Assembly: GCA_049598495.1 (NCBI GenBank)
Contig: JBMYNR010000002.1
Span: forward strand, 32,001 to 96,000
Direction: 5' to 3'
DNA: 64,000 nucleotides
Origin: Opitutales bacterium
Lineage (GTDB): Bacteria > Verrucomicrobiota > Verrucomicrobiia > Opitutales > Coraliomargaritaceae
Both the position numbers and the translations under genes were made by a program. The notes under the pieces were generated by a model. The model saw only the letters and a list, made by a program, of their open reading frames with translations, was not told where the DNA came from and did no database searches. Every line of letters starts with the position of its first letter. Within the stretch, counting starts at the first letter, position 1. This document shows positions 30,461 to 41,438 of this stretch, piece after piece.

Positions 30461-32215
30461 CTAGTCCGTCTTCACGACAACCCGGAATCCAGTCAGGCGA
30501 TTGCGCCCTCCCCGCGGCGCGTCCCGAATCGGGACAGTGAAGATGGCCTCCAGCCTGTCTTGAGCGTGACCTCCAATTTGCTTCGCCCCCTCTGATTCAT
30601 AGCGGTCGACCGACTCGAGCCACTCGCTTACATTGCCAAGCAAATCGAAAAATCCACTGGCGAAGGGCTCCTTGGAGCCGACGGGTTGCGGCACCCCCTT
30701 CGAATTGGATGCACTCCAGACGTGGTTCTCCAGCACAACATAACGAAGCCGGCCAAGCGCTAGACGAAATTCATTCTCGGTCGGCAATCGCACCGGCTTG
30801 CCCAATATCCACGAAAGACGCTGACAGAACTTTTTCGCGTCCATCCAGCTGACGGAGTCAACCGGACGGAGGTCCCCTTGGTTGCGGCTCGGGTTTATTC
30901 CCATGATTAGTGAGTAGAGCGCCTGCGACACTTCCATTCGCAACATGCGCCAGCCATCTGTTTCGGGCACGGGTATAAGCGCATCGTAAATACGGTCTTG
31001 AATGAACCCGAGATCATTCTGAAGGAGATTCAGATAGCGCACTTTCGACTCCAAGTCCTGGTCATTGAGCAAGCTCCGCGGAAACGCCTCCTGCATTTGC
31101 TTCATATCGCTGCGGAGTGTCGCAATCACTTCGACTGCTTCGTAGGTCTGCCGCTCCGCGAGAAGCTTCTGCATAAGATCGTGATTGTTTTCCATTTGGA
31201 TGCCCAAATCGAAACTCTCCGCGGTCTGGCTCTTACGTTGATACTCAATCAGGCGCTCCGATGAAGCATAGGGGCTATCCTTATAGTCTTCATTCAACTG
31301 CCGCTGCAATCGGGCGGCCTCTTGGTATAAGGCGGCAGCCTCCAAGTGCTCATTATTGATAAGTTTTTGATCTGCCAACTTCGCAACACGCTGCACTTCG
31401 AGGCGACTCTGCCGGGAACGAATCTCAACAAGCTTGCGCTCCAGGCGCTTAAGCCGGGGCACGCTGGTTTGATTTGCGCCACGATACTGGCGGTTCAGAT
31501 TATCTTGAATCTGGATTGCCTCCCGCAAGTGCTCCTTCGCCTGCTCCCAGTCCTGCGCATGGATAAAATCATCCGCTTCATTCTCGAGAGCCAGGCTTCG
31601 CCGGAGCAATGGCTCTGCTGCCAAATAGCGCACCTGTCGGTCGAGACGTGCGGCACGCCCTACGCTGTAAGAGCGACTCAATGGATAATCTTCATTGATC
31701 TGATTCTGCCTGGCGTAGGCATCGCGATACTTCCCCCGGGCGGCTTCAAAGTTTTCCGCAGCGGCCAGGGCCTCACCCTGTAATTCCAACTCCAGGCTTT
31801 CGTTTTCGAGGATTTGGGCCGCCAAATCCTGATATCTTTGCTCCAGATGCACCTGCCGATTATGGCCTTGTGAGTCCACACCGGCGAAGGCATCCAAATA
31901 AGCCTTCTGCTTGTCCAATGCCTGCTTGAGCAAAATGATATCCTCGGAGCGCGCCTCACGGATCGCCAGGATCTCCTCGAACTGTGCCTCCAGTTCGATG
32001 CTCTCCTGCTGCAACTGCTTGACCTCCTCGGGCACTTCACCTGACAGGCTCAGTTCTCTGAAGTCCACATCCTTCGGGCCCAGTTGACTAAGCCACCAGA
32101 AACCGATCAAAGCCAAGGCACCCGCCGCAAAAGCCAACGCCGCCAAGAAGCACTTCTTCAAAGGACTGGATTCATAGGAGGGACGTCTACGGGAAGACTG
32201 CTTAAAAATCGCCAT
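30461..32215 (-). CDS. Membrane-anchored helical-repeat protein with a C-terminal FGE-sulfatase (SUMF1-like) domain
   Basis: N-terminal TM; PVDSVSWMDAKKFC, RLPTENEF, FDLLGNVSEW and GFRVV; start set at MAIFKQ (32215). Confidence 0.88.
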   Translation of the reverse strand: MAIFKQSSRRRPSYESSPLKKCFLAALAFAAGALALIGFWWLSQLGPKDVDFRELSLSGEVPEEVKQLQQESIELEAQFEEILAIREARSEDIILLKQALDKQKAYLDAFAGVDSQGHNRQVHLEQRYQDLAAQILENESLELELQGEALAAAENFEAARGKYRDAYARQNQINEDYPLSRSYSVGRAARLDRQVRYLAAEPLLRRSLALENEADDFIHAQDWEQAKEHLREAIQIQDNLNRQYRGANQTSVPRLKRLERKLVEIRSRQSRLEVQRVAKLADQKLINNEHLEAAALYQEAARLQRQLNEDYKDSPYASSERLIEYQRKSQTAESFDLGIQMENNHDLMQKLLAERQTYEAVEVIATLRSDMKQMQEAFPRSLLNDQDLESKVRYLNLLQNDLGFIQDRIYDALIPVPETDGWRMLRMEVSQALYSLIMGINPSRNQGDLRPVDSVSWMDAKKFCQRLSWILGKPVRLPTENEFRLALGRLRYVVLENHVWSASNSKGVPQPVGSKEPFASGFFDLLGNVSEWLESVDRYESEGAKQIGGHAQDRLEAIFTVPIRDAPRGGRNRLTGFRVVVKTD

Positions 32216-32345
32216 AATCAAATTGGGGCTGGCACTGTAAAAATAGCCTGCCTTAAATGACTCGCAGCTATGAAAGCCGCAAGGCAAAAGGTAGCTAACA
32301 CTTGAAAGAGGACTCATTCAACGAATGAACGTCTCCTTACCATAA

Positions 32346-33188
32346 ATGTTTGAACAGATTACCATCCTAGGCCCGGGTCTGCTGGGCACCTCCCTCGCGC
32401 TGGCCCTCAAGGAGCAAGGGCTAACAAAGCGTGTGCATACCTGGTCGCGGCGTGCCGAGACACGAACGCAGGCGATTGCCGCGGATTGGTGCGATGCCGT
32501 CTTTGAGAAGGCTGGCGCAGCCTGCCGGGGAAGCGATCTGGTCGTCATTTGCACACCGGTCGATACGATCGTCCCAATCCTGAAAGAAGTCGCCTCCTCG
32601 CTCAAGGCGGGGGCGCTCGTCACTGATGTCGGCAGCACAAAAAGCCAGATTTGCCGAGAGGCCCTAGGTGCACTCGAAGATCGCTCTGTTTTCATCGGCT
32701 CACACCCCATGGCCGGCTCCGAGCAGACCGGGATGGCGCATGCTCGTTCCAATTTGTTCAAGGGCGCCTGCTCCATCATCACGCCACTTGACGATTGCCC
32801 CGAGACGGAGATCGCCCGCTTGCGCCGGTTGTGGGAAGCACTTGGAATGGAGGTCGTCAGCTGCTCACCCGAGCAGCATGACGAGATCGTCGCCCACATC
32901 AGCCACCTCCCCCATCTATTAGCGTCGAGCCTTTGCAGCTACCTCTCAGGCAAAGAAGCTGGCTGGAAGCATCTGTCCGGAGGCGGACTTCGCGATACGA
33001 CACGGGTCGCCGCGGGCGACCCCGCCCTATGGAAGCAGATCCTTGAGCAGAATCGCGAAGAGGTGCTTCAAGCGATCGACGGCTTTGATTCCGAATTACA
33101 AGCCCTCAAAGGCGCGCTCTTGAATAACGACAGCCTCAAGCTTGCCGCTCTTCTTGAGCGAGGTCGAAAATACCGGCAGAATTTTTAG
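32346..33188 (+). CDS. tyrA: Prephenate/arogenate dehydrogenase
   Basis: GPGLLG, TDVGSTK, HPMAGSE, HDEIVAHISHLPH and LRDTTRVA. Confidence 0.93.
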   Translation: MFEQITILGPGLLGTSLALALKEQGLTKRVHTWSRRAETRTQAIAADWCDAVFEKAGAACRGSDLVVICTPVDTIVPILKEVASSLKAGALVTDVGSTKSQICREALGALEDRSVFIGSHPMAGSEQTGMAHARSNLFKGACSIITPLDDCPETEIARLRRLWEALGMEVVSCSPEQHDEIVAHISHLPHLLASSLCSYLSGKEAGWKHLSGGGLRDTTRVAAGDPALWKQILEQNREEVLQAIDGFDSELQALKGALLNNDSLKLAALLERGRKYRQNF

Positions 33189-33200
33189 CCGCCCTTCCCC

Positions 33201-34559
33201 ATGCTGGATCCTCTGCTCATTCAACCAATTAACCATTCCTTGGACGGGAAACTTTCCCTGCCCGGCTCCAAGAGTATCACCAATCGTGCACTCATTCTGG
33301 CAGCACTCGCTGAAGGTGTCACCACTCTCAAGGGTTCGCTTTTTAGCCGCGACACGCGAATTATGCTAACGGCTCTCGAGACACTCGGATTTGAGGTCTC
33401 TGCCGATGAAGATGCGCATTCGATACGCGTGGTGGGCTTAGGTGGACGTATCCCGAATAAGCGAGCAAAACTCGACGTGGGTAATGCGGGCACTGCAGCA
33501 AGATTTCTCACTGCCTTCCTCGCCCTCCATCCCGGTGGCGAGTATGAACTCGATGGCGATACACCCATGCGCAGCCGTCCGATGTCAGGCCTAATCCGCG
33601 CCCTCTCGGACTTGGGCGCAGCCGAATTTGAATACCAAGGCGAGCCGGAACACTTCCCCTTTACCCTGCGCGCGAAAGGTTATCATGGAGGCGAAGCCAT
33701 TGTCGATGCCGAGGCTAGCAGCCAAATACTCTCCGCGTTGCTTCTCTCCGCGCCCGTTGGAGGTTCGGTCAAGTTGACCTGTCCCGACGTGCGACCACAG
33801 TATGTCGCGATCACACTCAAGATGCGCGAAGCCTTTGGCGCGGCCGCAGTGGAGATCGATGACTCGGGCATTTATGAACTACCGGCAACCACCTATGCGC
33901 CGAATCCCGGCGGCAGCTATGCGATCGAACCCGATGTCTCAGCCGCCAGTTACTTTCTAGCCCTCACCTTGATTCATGGCGGGGAGCTAAGGATCCCAAA
34001 TCTCAACAAAGACCCCCTTCAAGGGGATGCCCATTTCGCTGAAGTGCTCGCTCATCACGGACTGCGCGTCGACGCCGATCGAGGTAGCTGGACGGCGACC
34101 TGCAACAACCCCGAGGGGATCCAACGCGGCCACCGCGAGATTGATTTCAACAGTATCTCCGATACCTTCCTTACCTATGCCGCGATGGCTCCACTGCTCG
34201 GCGGCTCGGTCCGCATCACAGGCATTGGGCATACTCGCAACCAGGAGACCGATCGCATTGCCGGCATGGCTGCAGAACTCTCAAAGCTCGGCCAGCTCGT
34301 CAAAGAAGAGCCCGATGCACTCACAATCCAGCCCAAACCGAATGAACTCCGGGCGCGCGCCTTACAGGCCCGTAGCGAGGGTAAGCCGATCACGATTGAT
34401 ACCTACGAAGATCACCGCTTCGCCATGAGTTTTGGCGTGCTTGCTAGCTTTGATTTACTCGGTGATGGCCAACCTTGGCTGGCCATCAAAGACCCGGCTT
34501 GCTGCGGCAAGACTTTTCCCGGGTTTTTTGCTGCCCTTGAATCGCTCCGTAATGGCTAG
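33201..34559 (+). CDS. aroA: EPSP synthase
   Basis: PGSKSITNRAL, GNAGTAARF, QETDRI and DHRFAMSF. Confidence 0.97.
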   Translation: MLDPLLIQPINHSLDGKLSLPGSKSITNRALILAALAEGVTTLKGSLFSRDTRIMLTALETLGFEVSADEDAHSIRVVGLGGRIPNKRAKLDVGNAGTAARFLTAFLALHPGGEYELDGDTPMRSRPMSGLIRALSDLGAAEFEYQGEPEHFPFTLRAKGYHGGEAIVDAEASSQILSALLLSAPVGGSVKLTCPDVRPQYVAITLKMREAFGAAAVEIDDSGIYELPATTYAPNPGGSYAIEPDVSAASYFLALTLIHGGELRIPNLNKDPLQGDAHFAEVLAHHGLRVDADRGSWTATCNNPEGIQRGHREIDFNSISDTFLTYAAMAPLLGGSVRITGIGHTRNQETDRIAGMAAELSKLGQLVKEEPDALTIQPKPNELRARALQARSEGKPITIDTYEDHRFAMSFGVLASFDLLGDGQPWLAIKDPACCGKTFPGFFAALESLRNG

Positions 34560-35214
34560 CCGGGGGACATTCACTATCGTGACGATGGACGGCGGCGCTG
34601 CCGTTGGAAAATCTTCGACCTCCAGAGGGTTAGCGGAGCACCTAAACTTCATGCACGTCGATACAGGTGCCCATTACCGCACTTTGACCTACGCACTCCT
34701 CTCGACCGGAGCAAGCCCCGAGCAGGCCGACGAGGTCTCCGAGAAACTGAAGCGTCTCTCACTGGGAACAGAACTACAAGGTCGTAGCGCCAAGCTCAGT
34801 ATCAATGGGGTTGTGCCAGCCGATGCGGAAATCCGCTCGCCTGAGGTCAATGCCGGGGTCTCCAAATTCGCCGCGATCGAATCATTGCGAAACTTTCTAT
34901 TTGATTACCAGCGCAGTCAGGCCGAGGTCGCTGAGGCGCAGGGATTTGCCGGGCTCATTATGGAAGGCCGTGATATCGGCTCAGTCATATTCCCTGATGC
35001 GCAATATCGTTTCTTCCTTCATGCCGATGAGGCCACACGCGCAGCACGTCGAGCCAAAGAGGGACAGATCGATTCCATCGCTGACCGCGATAAGTTGGAC
35101 ACAAGCCGCAAGACAGCCCCTCTTGTCTGCCCGCAAGGCGCCACTCAAATCGATACGGCACCGTACACGCTCGATGAAGTCATCGGACTCATCGCAAACC
35201 AGATTCAAGCCTAG
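34552..35214 (+). CDS. cmk: Cytidylate kinase
   Basis: DGGAAVGKSS, DTGAHYR and EGRDIGSVIFPDA; start at the ATG at 34552 overlapping the aroA stop. Confidence 0.94.
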   Translation: MASRGTFTIVTMDGGAAVGKSSTSRGLAEHLNFMHVDTGAHYRTLTYALLSTGASPEQADEVSEKLKRLSLGTELQGRSAKLSINGVVPADAEIRSPEVNAGVSKFAAIESLRNFLFDYQRSQAEVAEAQGFAGLIMEGRDIGSVIFPDAQYRFFLHADEATRAARRAKEGQIDSIADRDKLDTSRKTAPLVCPQGATQIDTAPYTLDEVIGLIANQIQA

Positions 35215-35247
35215 ACCATCCTCCCTTTCATCCCCACCTTCACTTCC

Positions 35248-35895
35248 GTGCCGTCATCCATTCCAAATCACCCACTCTACGACATCGTTCGGACGCTTGC
35301 GAACTGGTATTTCAGTTCTTTTTACGATTACACGCAGAGCGGCAGGGCCAACGTGCCTGAGACTGGGCCTGTTATCTTCGCAGCCAACCATGTGAGTTTT
35401 TACGATCCTCCGGCGATTGGCGCCTGCCTGGATCGCCGGATCAATTATTTTGCCCGAGACACTCTGTTCAATGGCCTCTTCGGGAAAGGACTTACTGAAA
35501 TCGGTACCATTCCCGTGGCCCGGGAAAATGCTGAGGTGAAATCCCTGAAGGCCATTTTTAAATCATTGAAGGCCGGAGGCGCGGTTGCGATTTATCCCGA
35601 AGGGACCCGATCCCCATGTGGCCGACTAATGGAACCGAAGCCTGGCGCGGGAATGATTGCCTGTAAGTCGAAGGCGACCGTCATCCCAACCCGTCTCTTC
35701 GGGACCTATGAAGTCTTCGGGCGCTCCGACAAGACGCCACGGATCGGAGGCAGAATCCACATCACCTACGACCGACCCATGTCCACCGAGGAAATTGACC
35801 CTGGGAAAGACCACCCCGATCGCTACCTTGAAGCCTCCCGCCGCATAATGGCACGCATTTCAGCGCTTGAACTGCCGCAAGAGGTACCGATTTAA
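35248..35895 (+). CDS. plsC: 1-acyl-sn-glycerol-3-phosphate acyltransferase
   Basis: NHVSFYDP and YPEGTRS motifs. Confidence 0.9.
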   Translation: MPSSIPNHPLYDIVRTLANWYFSSFYDYTQSGRANVPETGPVIFAANHVSFYDPPAIGACLDRRINYFARDTLFNGLFGKGLTEIGTIPVARENAEVKSLKAIFKSLKAGGAVAIYPEGTRSPCGRLMEPKPGAGMIACKSKATVIPTRLFGTYEVFGRSDKTPRIGGRIHITYDRPMSTEEIDPGKDHPDRYLEASRRIMARISALELPQEVPI

Positions 35896-36324
35896 ACCGT
35901 TAATGGACGTGAATTAACGTGAATCAAAAGGATATTGATACTCTGATTTTTAAGCTCAACGGAGCTGCCATGGCCGTGCTCCATGAGTTGGGACACGGAC
36001 TCCGCGAAAAAACTTATGAGCGCGCGCTATGCGTAGAGCTTGAACATCTTGATATCTCTTACAGCCAGCAAAGGGCCACCCCGTCGTCTATAGGGAAGTT
36101 AAAGTAGATGAATATATATCCCTGATCTAGAAATCGAAAACACACTCCTGCTAGATGCAAAAGTCGTCCCGAAAATCGGTGACAATGAACTTGGGCAGAT
36201 GCTTAACTTCCTCAAAATCACGAAGCAATCCGTTGGCTTAATCCAGAACTTTAAACACCCAAAACTAGAATGGCGCGTCGTATATCCTCAAATTGATTAA
36301 CGTTCATTAACGTTCATTAACGGT
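35896..36324. repeat. 32-bp imperfect inverted repeats built of 10-bp tandem units, flanking the GxxExxY gene
   Basis: 35896-35927 ACCGTTAATGGACGTGAATTAACGTGAATCAA versus the reverse complement of 36293-36324, ACCGTTAATGAACGTTAATGAACGTTAATCAA (4 mismatches). Confidence 0.85.
35919..36300 (+). pseudogene. GxxExxY (PD-(D/E)xK-like) protein gene with two frameshifts
   Basis: LGHGLREKTYERAL, then shifted frames HPVVYREVKVDEY and IPDLEIEN...GQMLNFLKIT...GLIQNF, stop at 36298-36300. Shifts near 36072 and at TATATAT (about 36113-36119). Confidence 0.85.
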
Positions 36325-36342
36325 ATAAAAATCTCTCTCATC

Positions 36343-37539
36343 ATGTCTCAATCATCCGATCGCTACGCCCAGCGGGGCGTCTCATCCTCCAAATCCGAAG
36401 TCCATGCCGTCGTCGACAATCTGGACCGCGGAGTCTTTCCCGGAGCCTTTTGCAAAATTGGCAGCGATATCCTCACGGGAAAGCCCGAAAAGTGTAATAT
36501 CATTCATTCCGACGGCTCCGGGACAAAAAGCACCCTCGCCTACCTGCATTACCGCGAAACGGGTGACCCCAGCGCATTTCGTAAAACTGCCCAAGACAGC
36601 CTCGTCATGAACATTGACGACCTGCTCTGTGTTGGCGCGATCGATGGGATTCTCATCTCCAGCACCGTCAACCGCAACGCACGCGCGATTCCCGGCGAGG
36701 CACTCGGCCAGCTCATCGCCGGCACCGAGGATTTTCTCTCAACCCTTCGTGAGTATGGGGTCGGCGTGCACAGCGGCGGGGGCGAAACCGCCGATGTCGG
36801 CGACTTGACCGGAACTGTGACTGTCGATTCCTGCGCCGTCGTCGTCATGGATCGCTCAGACGTTATCGATAACGCCAACATCAAGCCGGGCCTCGCCATC
36901 GTCGGACTGGCATCGTCGGGGCAGGCCAATTATGAAAGCTTCGAGAACTCCGGTATTGGCAGCAATGGTCTGACGAGCGCACGCCACGACCTACTAAGCC
37001 CTTACTATTTAGAAAACTACCCGGAAACGGTCGATTCTAAGACCGATCCGCAGTATCTCTATTGCGGCCCCTACAAGATGAGCGATCCGCTTCCCGATTC
37101 AAACATGACGGTCGGCGACGCGCTCCTTAGCCCGACCCGCACCTACGCACCCGTCATAAAGAAGTTGCTCTCAGAAAACCGGGAGAGCATCTACGGAATG
37201 GTACACTGCTCAGGCGGAGGCCAGACCAAGTGTATCCGATTCGGCACGGGCGTGCATCACATCAAGGACAACTTTCTGCCTGTGCCCCCGATCTTTAAGG
37301 CCATTCAGGAAGCCAGTGGCACCAGTGATGAAGAAATGTTCCGCGTCTATAACATGGGGCACCGAATGGAAATCTACTGTGACCCCGAAGCTGCGGCAGA
37401 CATTATCGCCCAGAGTGAGTCGTTCGGCATCCCCGCACAGATCATCGGCCGAACGGAAGCCAGCGATCGCGAGAACGGCGAAAACCACGTCACCATTCAA
37501 CACGAAGGAAAGACGCTGGAATACAGCATCGATCACTAG
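36343..37539 (+). CDS. purM: Phosphoribosylformylglycinamidine cyclo-ligase (AIR synthase)
   Basis: [38 protein letters not shown] and YNMGHRME. Confidence 0.93.
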   Translation: MSQSSDRYAQRGVSSSKSEVHAVVDNLDRGVFPGAFCKIGSDILTGKPEKCNIIHSDGSGTKSTLAYLHYRETGDPSAFRKTAQDSLVMNIDDLLCVGAIDGILISSTVNRNARAIPGEALGQLIAGTEDFLSTLREYGVGVHSGGGETADVGDLTGTVTVDSCAVVVMDRSDVIDNANIKPGLAIVGLASSGQANYESFENSGIGSNGLTSARHDLLSPYYLENYPETVDSKTDPQYLYCGPYKMSDPLPDSNMTVGDALLSPTRTYAPVIKKLLSENRESIYGMVHCSGGGQTKCIRFGTGVHHIKDNFLPVPPIFKAIQEASGTSDEEMFRVYNMGHRMEIYCDPEAAADIIAQSESFGIPAQIIGRTEASDRENGENHVTIQHEGKTLEYSIDH

Positions 37540-37671
37540 TTCACCGACGGCGGAGTTTCTTGTTCGACGGGCTCATCGACCTGTATCGGGTCCACAACAT
37601 GAGAACACACCTCCTTTTATTTCCGGACCTGGCCGCATCGCTTCTGCTTCCGCTGTCTTTGGCGATGAACC

Positions 37672-38187
37672 TTATTTCTTGGCCTTATTCTTCTTGCCGC
37701 GCTTCTTCTTTTTGCTCTTGAGCAGTTTCTTGACCTTCTTGCGCTGGTCTTCGCGAACGATGTAGCCGATACAATTATCGGAACCGCAGCGACAGGGGTG
37801 ATCCATGAAGTGCTCCATGTCATAACCGTAGTCGTAGACGAGCTCATCGCCCTTTTTGATATCCTTAATCGCGGTAATCCAGATCTCGCCCTCGCAGTTG
37901 ACCGCCTCGCAGTTGCCATCGCATGAGTGGTTGATATAGCGGGCCGGATTATCGCCGAGCCGGCCATCGATATCATACTTATCGTCGAGCTCAAAAATAT
38001 AGACGAGGCCATCGCCTGTCTCGCGGGCCTTTTCTTCCCATTCGAGAGCACGTCGAGTCGACTCCTTTTTGGTAATCTTCTCGCCAACATATTGAATGAT
38101 ATCGGTGCCTTCTTCGATATCCTCCGTCGCATACAGGCCCCGTCCGTGGATGTCGGACACCCTAACCTCGCAAAGTTTCTTCGGCAT
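37672..38187 (-). CDS. SET-domain protein-lysine methyltransferase with a post-SET motif and Lys-rich tail
   Basis: [29 protein letters not shown] and tail [19 protein letters not shown]. Confidence 0.95.
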   Translation of the reverse strand: MPKKLCEVRVSDIHGRGLYATEDIEEGTDIIQYVGEKITKKESTRRALEWEEKARETGDGLVYIFELDDKYDIDGRLGDNPARYINHSCDGNCEAVNCEGEIWITAIKDIKKGDELVYDYGYDMEHFMDHPCRCGSDNCIGYIVREDQRKKVKKLLKSKKKKRGKKNKAKK

Positions 38188-38208
38188 AAGTATCTGTTCG
38201 ATTTGGTG

Positions 38209-39207
38209 CTATTCAGGTTTCAGATCCCGAGACATCAACTGCTGCATCGCAGCCATGGGTTCGAGGCCTTCGTAGAGGATGGCATGAATGACGCTGAGAA
38301 TCGGAGCGTCCACATTTTTCTCGCGACAAATCCGGTAGAGGCAGTCACAAGCGCGGTAGCCTTCGATCACCGATTTCTGTCCCTCGACAATATGCAATGG
38401 GATTTCGCCCTGCCCCACGCGTTCGCCGAAGCTTCGGTTGCGACTCCAATCCCCCGAACAGGTCGCCACAAGATCACCAAAACCACTCAGCCCGAAATAG
38501 GTTTCCTTTTGCCCACCAAGGGATGCCCCAAGTCGGACTAATTCATGGAGGCTGCGCGTCAGTAAGGCCGCCTTGGCATTATCCCCGAGCTGCAATCCGT
38601 CACAAAGGCCCGACCCAATGGCATAAACATTTTTGAGCGTACCGCCCAACTCGGTGCCACGCACATCGTCGGTCAAATATACACGGAGCGCAGCATTGCT
38701 GAACGCCTCCTGGTAGCGCTCGGCATCGGCGCAATCACTGCCCAAAGCAAGCGCGACTGCGGTTGGTTTGCCCGCAGCCACCTCCCCGGCAAAGGTCGGC
38801 CCGGAGAGTACGCCACAAGACATGCCCGGGAGTTCTTCGGAAAGAATTTCCGCCGGGGTCTTCAGGGTTTCAAGTTCGAGCCCCTTGCACATGATGAGAC
38901 AAAGCTTGAGTTGCCACGCAGCGGCCAGGTGAGGCTTGATCGACTGACAGAGGGCGCGGAGCGCCTTGGAAGGACATGCCAGAAAGACAGCCTCGGCCTC
39001 CATCAGGACAGGTCCCAGTTCGCAGCCAACTTGGATGCGGTGCGGCAGCTTGAACCCGGGCAAATAGTCGGTATTCTCACGGGAAGATGCGATCGACAAC
39101 GCGTGCTCCATACGGCGAGGGACCAGCGTAACGGAATGTCCACAGCGATCGAGGTGGAGCGCCATCGCCGTCCCCCAGGCGCCGGCCCCTAGAACACAAG
39201 CATTCAT
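38209..39207 (-). CDS. gpsA: NAD(P)H-dependent glycerol-3-phosphate dehydrogenase
   Basis: [23 protein letters not shown] and GDLVATC...SRN. Confidence 0.97.
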   Translation of the reverse strand: MNACVLGAGAWGTAMALHLDRCGHSVTLVPRRMEHALSIASSRENTDYLPGFKLPHRIQVGCELGPVLMEAEAVFLACPSKALRALCQSIKPHLAAAWQLKLCLIMCKGLELETLKTPAEILSEELPGMSCGVLSGPTFAGEVAAGKPTAVALALGSDCADAERYQEAFSNAALRVYLTDDVRGTELGGTLKNVYAIGSGLCDGLQLGDNAKAALLTRSLHELVRLGASLGGQKETYFGLSGFGDLVATCSGDWSRNRSFGERVGQGEIPLHIVEGQKSVIEGYRACDCLYRICREKNVDAPILSVIHAILYEGLEPMAAMQQLMSRDLKPE

Positions 39208-39980
39208 GAAGGGAACTTTCGTTTGCGGACATCCTCCGCGTAGTTCGCAAAGGCAGCGCGCGCCTCATTCCCGAGCCCTGCATACTCCCGGACAAAGGAC
39301 GGCACATAACCGGCATTCAGCCCGAGCAGGTCGTTGCTCACCAAAATCTGCCCGTCGCAGTGGGGCCCACTGCCGATTCCGATCAGGGGAACCTTGATCT
39401 TATTGGCAATGGAACCGGCGACCGTGCCGTCAATCAACTCGCAGAGCACGGCAAAGCAGCCCGCCTCCTCAAAGGCAAGAGCGTCATTCAATAACTGACT
39501 CTTTTCGGCATCATTGTGACCGAATTTCCGGTATCCACCCAGTTGATAATAATTCTGCGGGAGCAGGCCGATATGCGCAAGAACCGGGACCCCAGCTCTT
39601 ACTAATCGATCTACCTTCGGTGCCATATCGGCATCGCCCTCAATCTTCACCGCTTCGACGCCCCCCTCCTGCATCAATCGCCGACTCGCCTCGAGCAACT
39701 TACTAAACTCGTCGTGTGCGATGGCAAAAGGAACATCTGCCACGACCAACGCTTCTGGCTTTGCCCTCGTGACAGCCGCCGCGTGGTGCACCATCATGTC
39801 CAGCGTCACTGGCACAGTCGTCTTGAAGCCAAGCTGCGTCGTGCCAACAGAATCTCCCACCAAAATCAAGTCCACCCCGGCCTCGTCTGCATAGCGAGCC
39901 ATCACTGCATCATATGCTGTAACGGCAACGACTGGACGCTCTCCTTTAAGTAGAGAAATCGTTTGGGTTGTTATTTTCAT
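39204..39980 (-). CDS. panB: Ketopantoate hydroxymethyltransferase
   Basis: VTAYDA, LVGDSVG, AVKIEG and IGIGSG...DGQILV; start MKITTQ at 39980. Confidence 0.96.
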   Translation of the reverse strand: MKITTQTISLLKGERPVVAVTAYDAVMARYADEAGVDLILVGDSVGTTQLGFKTTVPVTLDMMVHHAAAVTRAKPEALVVADVPFAIAHDEFSKLLEASRRLMQEGGVEAVKIEGDADMAPKVDRLVRAGVPVLAHIGLLPQNYYQLGGYRKFGHNDAEKSQLLNDALAFEEAGCFAVLCELIDGTVAGSIANKIKVPLIGIGSGPHCDGQILVSNDLLGLNAGYVPSFVREYAGLGNEARAAFANYAEDVRKRKFPS

Positions 39981-40070
39981 AATCCGAGAGATTACATTTG
40001 AAAATGTAGACTCGATCGTGAATCTGGACACCAGAACATCGTTTGACAACTCTTTGTCTCTGACGGAAAA

Positions 40071-40343
40071 ATGCTTCGCTTTATCTACCAATGGCGCCAT
40101 CGCCGAGCGCACAAGACAGCCTCATTCGAGGTCCCTTCCGGACAGGATGGCAGCCGTACTCGCTGGGCGAGCCTAGCCAGCTACATGTCGCAGGCCTCGG
40201 TGCGTGGTCGTTCCTTCGATCCATTCGATCGCCCACAAAAACGCCGAAGAAATGTTGCCGCGCTCCTAGCCATGGCGGCATTCACACTACTGGCCTGGGT
40301 CGTGACTGAAAGTATCTTTGCGCTCGAGCTTTTTCGGCACTAG
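40071..40343 (+). CDS. Small hypothetical membrane protein
   Basis: 90-aa ORF filling the gap between panB and rluD; C-terminal TM preceded by a basic patch. Confidence 0.55.
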   Translation: MLRFIYQWRHRRAHKTASFEVPSGQDGSRTRWASLASYMSQASVRGRSFDPFDRPQKRRRNVAALLAMAAFTLLAWVVTESIFALELFRH

Positions 40344-40380
40344 AGCACTCGCGGGGCTTGGAGCGGCCCACCGCCCCCAA

Positions 40381-41313
40381 TCAAGGCGCCAACTGCTCCA
40401 TTACCAATCTAAAGTCCTTGGGCAGGGATGCTTGAAAGCTCATTAGCTCTCCGGTCAGTGGGTGCTGTATTCGCAGTTCGGTGGAATGCAGCATCACTCT
40501 TGGGATCGATATGCCCTTCAATCGGGATGCCTTAAAGCCGTAGGTGCTGTCGCCAAGAATCGGCACCTTAAGCGCGCTCATATGAACGCGTATCTGGTGC
40601 GTGCGACCGGTATGAATGATACAAGTGATCTGTGAAGCTCGCTCTCCATAGCGCTGTAGAACCTCCCAGTCGGTATGTGCCGGCTTACCATGGGCGACCA
40701 CTGCCATGCGTGTACGAACGATCGGATGGCGTCCAATCGCCTCTTTGATTGTCCCTTTGCTTTGTATGGATGTCCCCAAAACAAGCGCCGTATAGCGCTT
40801 GTAGGTCTGCCGTTTGCTGAAAGCGCTCGCAAGCTTGTGATGTGCCGCATCGGTCTTCGCAACAATGATCAGCCCACTCGTTTCCTTGTCCAATCGATGA
40901 ACAATACCAGGACGATCTGGTGCACCAACTGAACTGAGCTTCTCGCCACAGTGGTGGAGCAGCGCGTGCACCAGAGTGTCATCGCCCGTTCCACTCCCAG
41001 GGTGCGTGATCATTCCCGCAGCCTTGTTAATGACGATGATGGACTCGTCTTCAAAGACCACATCGAGTGGAATATCAGTGGCGACGAGAGGCGCTTGCAA
41101 AGCGGGCCCCTCCAGAGCCGCACAGAGTCGCCCTGGCCGGCTGATCTTGAACCGCTTATCGATGACCACGCCGTCGAAACGAACCTTCCCCGCTTCGAAC
41201 GCCTTTTGCAGGCGAACACGGCTCACGTCTTCAAATTGAGCGGCGAATATCTTGTCGGCGCGCCCGGGCTTCGTCCCTTCGGGAACTGTATATTCTATAA
41301 TACGGTCCGGCAT
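40381..41313 (-). CDS. rluD: RluA/RluD-family pseudouridine synthase
   Basis: [14 protein letters not shown] and [10 protein letters not shown]. Confidence 0.9.
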   Translation of the reverse strand: MPDRIIEYTVPEGTKPGRADKIFAAQFEDVSRVRLQKAFEAGKVRFDGVVIDKRFKISRPGRLCAALEGPALQAPLVATDIPLDVVFEDESIIVINKAAGMITHPGSGTGDDTLVHALLHHCGEKLSSVGAPDRPGIVHRLDKETSGLIIVAKTDAAHHKLASAFSKRQTYKRYTALVLGTSIQSKGTIKEAIGRHPIVRTRMAVVAHGKPAHTDWEVLQRYGERASQITCIIHTGRTHQIRVHMSALKVPILGDSTYGFKASRLKGISIPRVMLHSTELRIQHPLTGELMSFQASLPKDFRLVMEQLAP

Positions 41314-41322
41314 GATGAAATA

Positions 41323-41438
41323 GGTACGGCGCCTTCGACGAAAGCGCCGTTCGACTCACGGAAACGTATGACCATCCAAATCAATACAGCAATCCGATAA
41401 ATGTCGGCGAACGGCTCTCTCGGCGAGAGCGCCCTACC
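41323..41438. repeat. REPIN-like doublet between ribF and rluD
   Basis: Minus strand GGTAGGGCGCTCTCGCCGAGAGAGCCGTTCG (its TAG is the ribF stop) and a degenerate plus-strand partner GGTACGGCGCCTTCGACGAAAGCGCCGTTCG. Confidence 0.65.
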
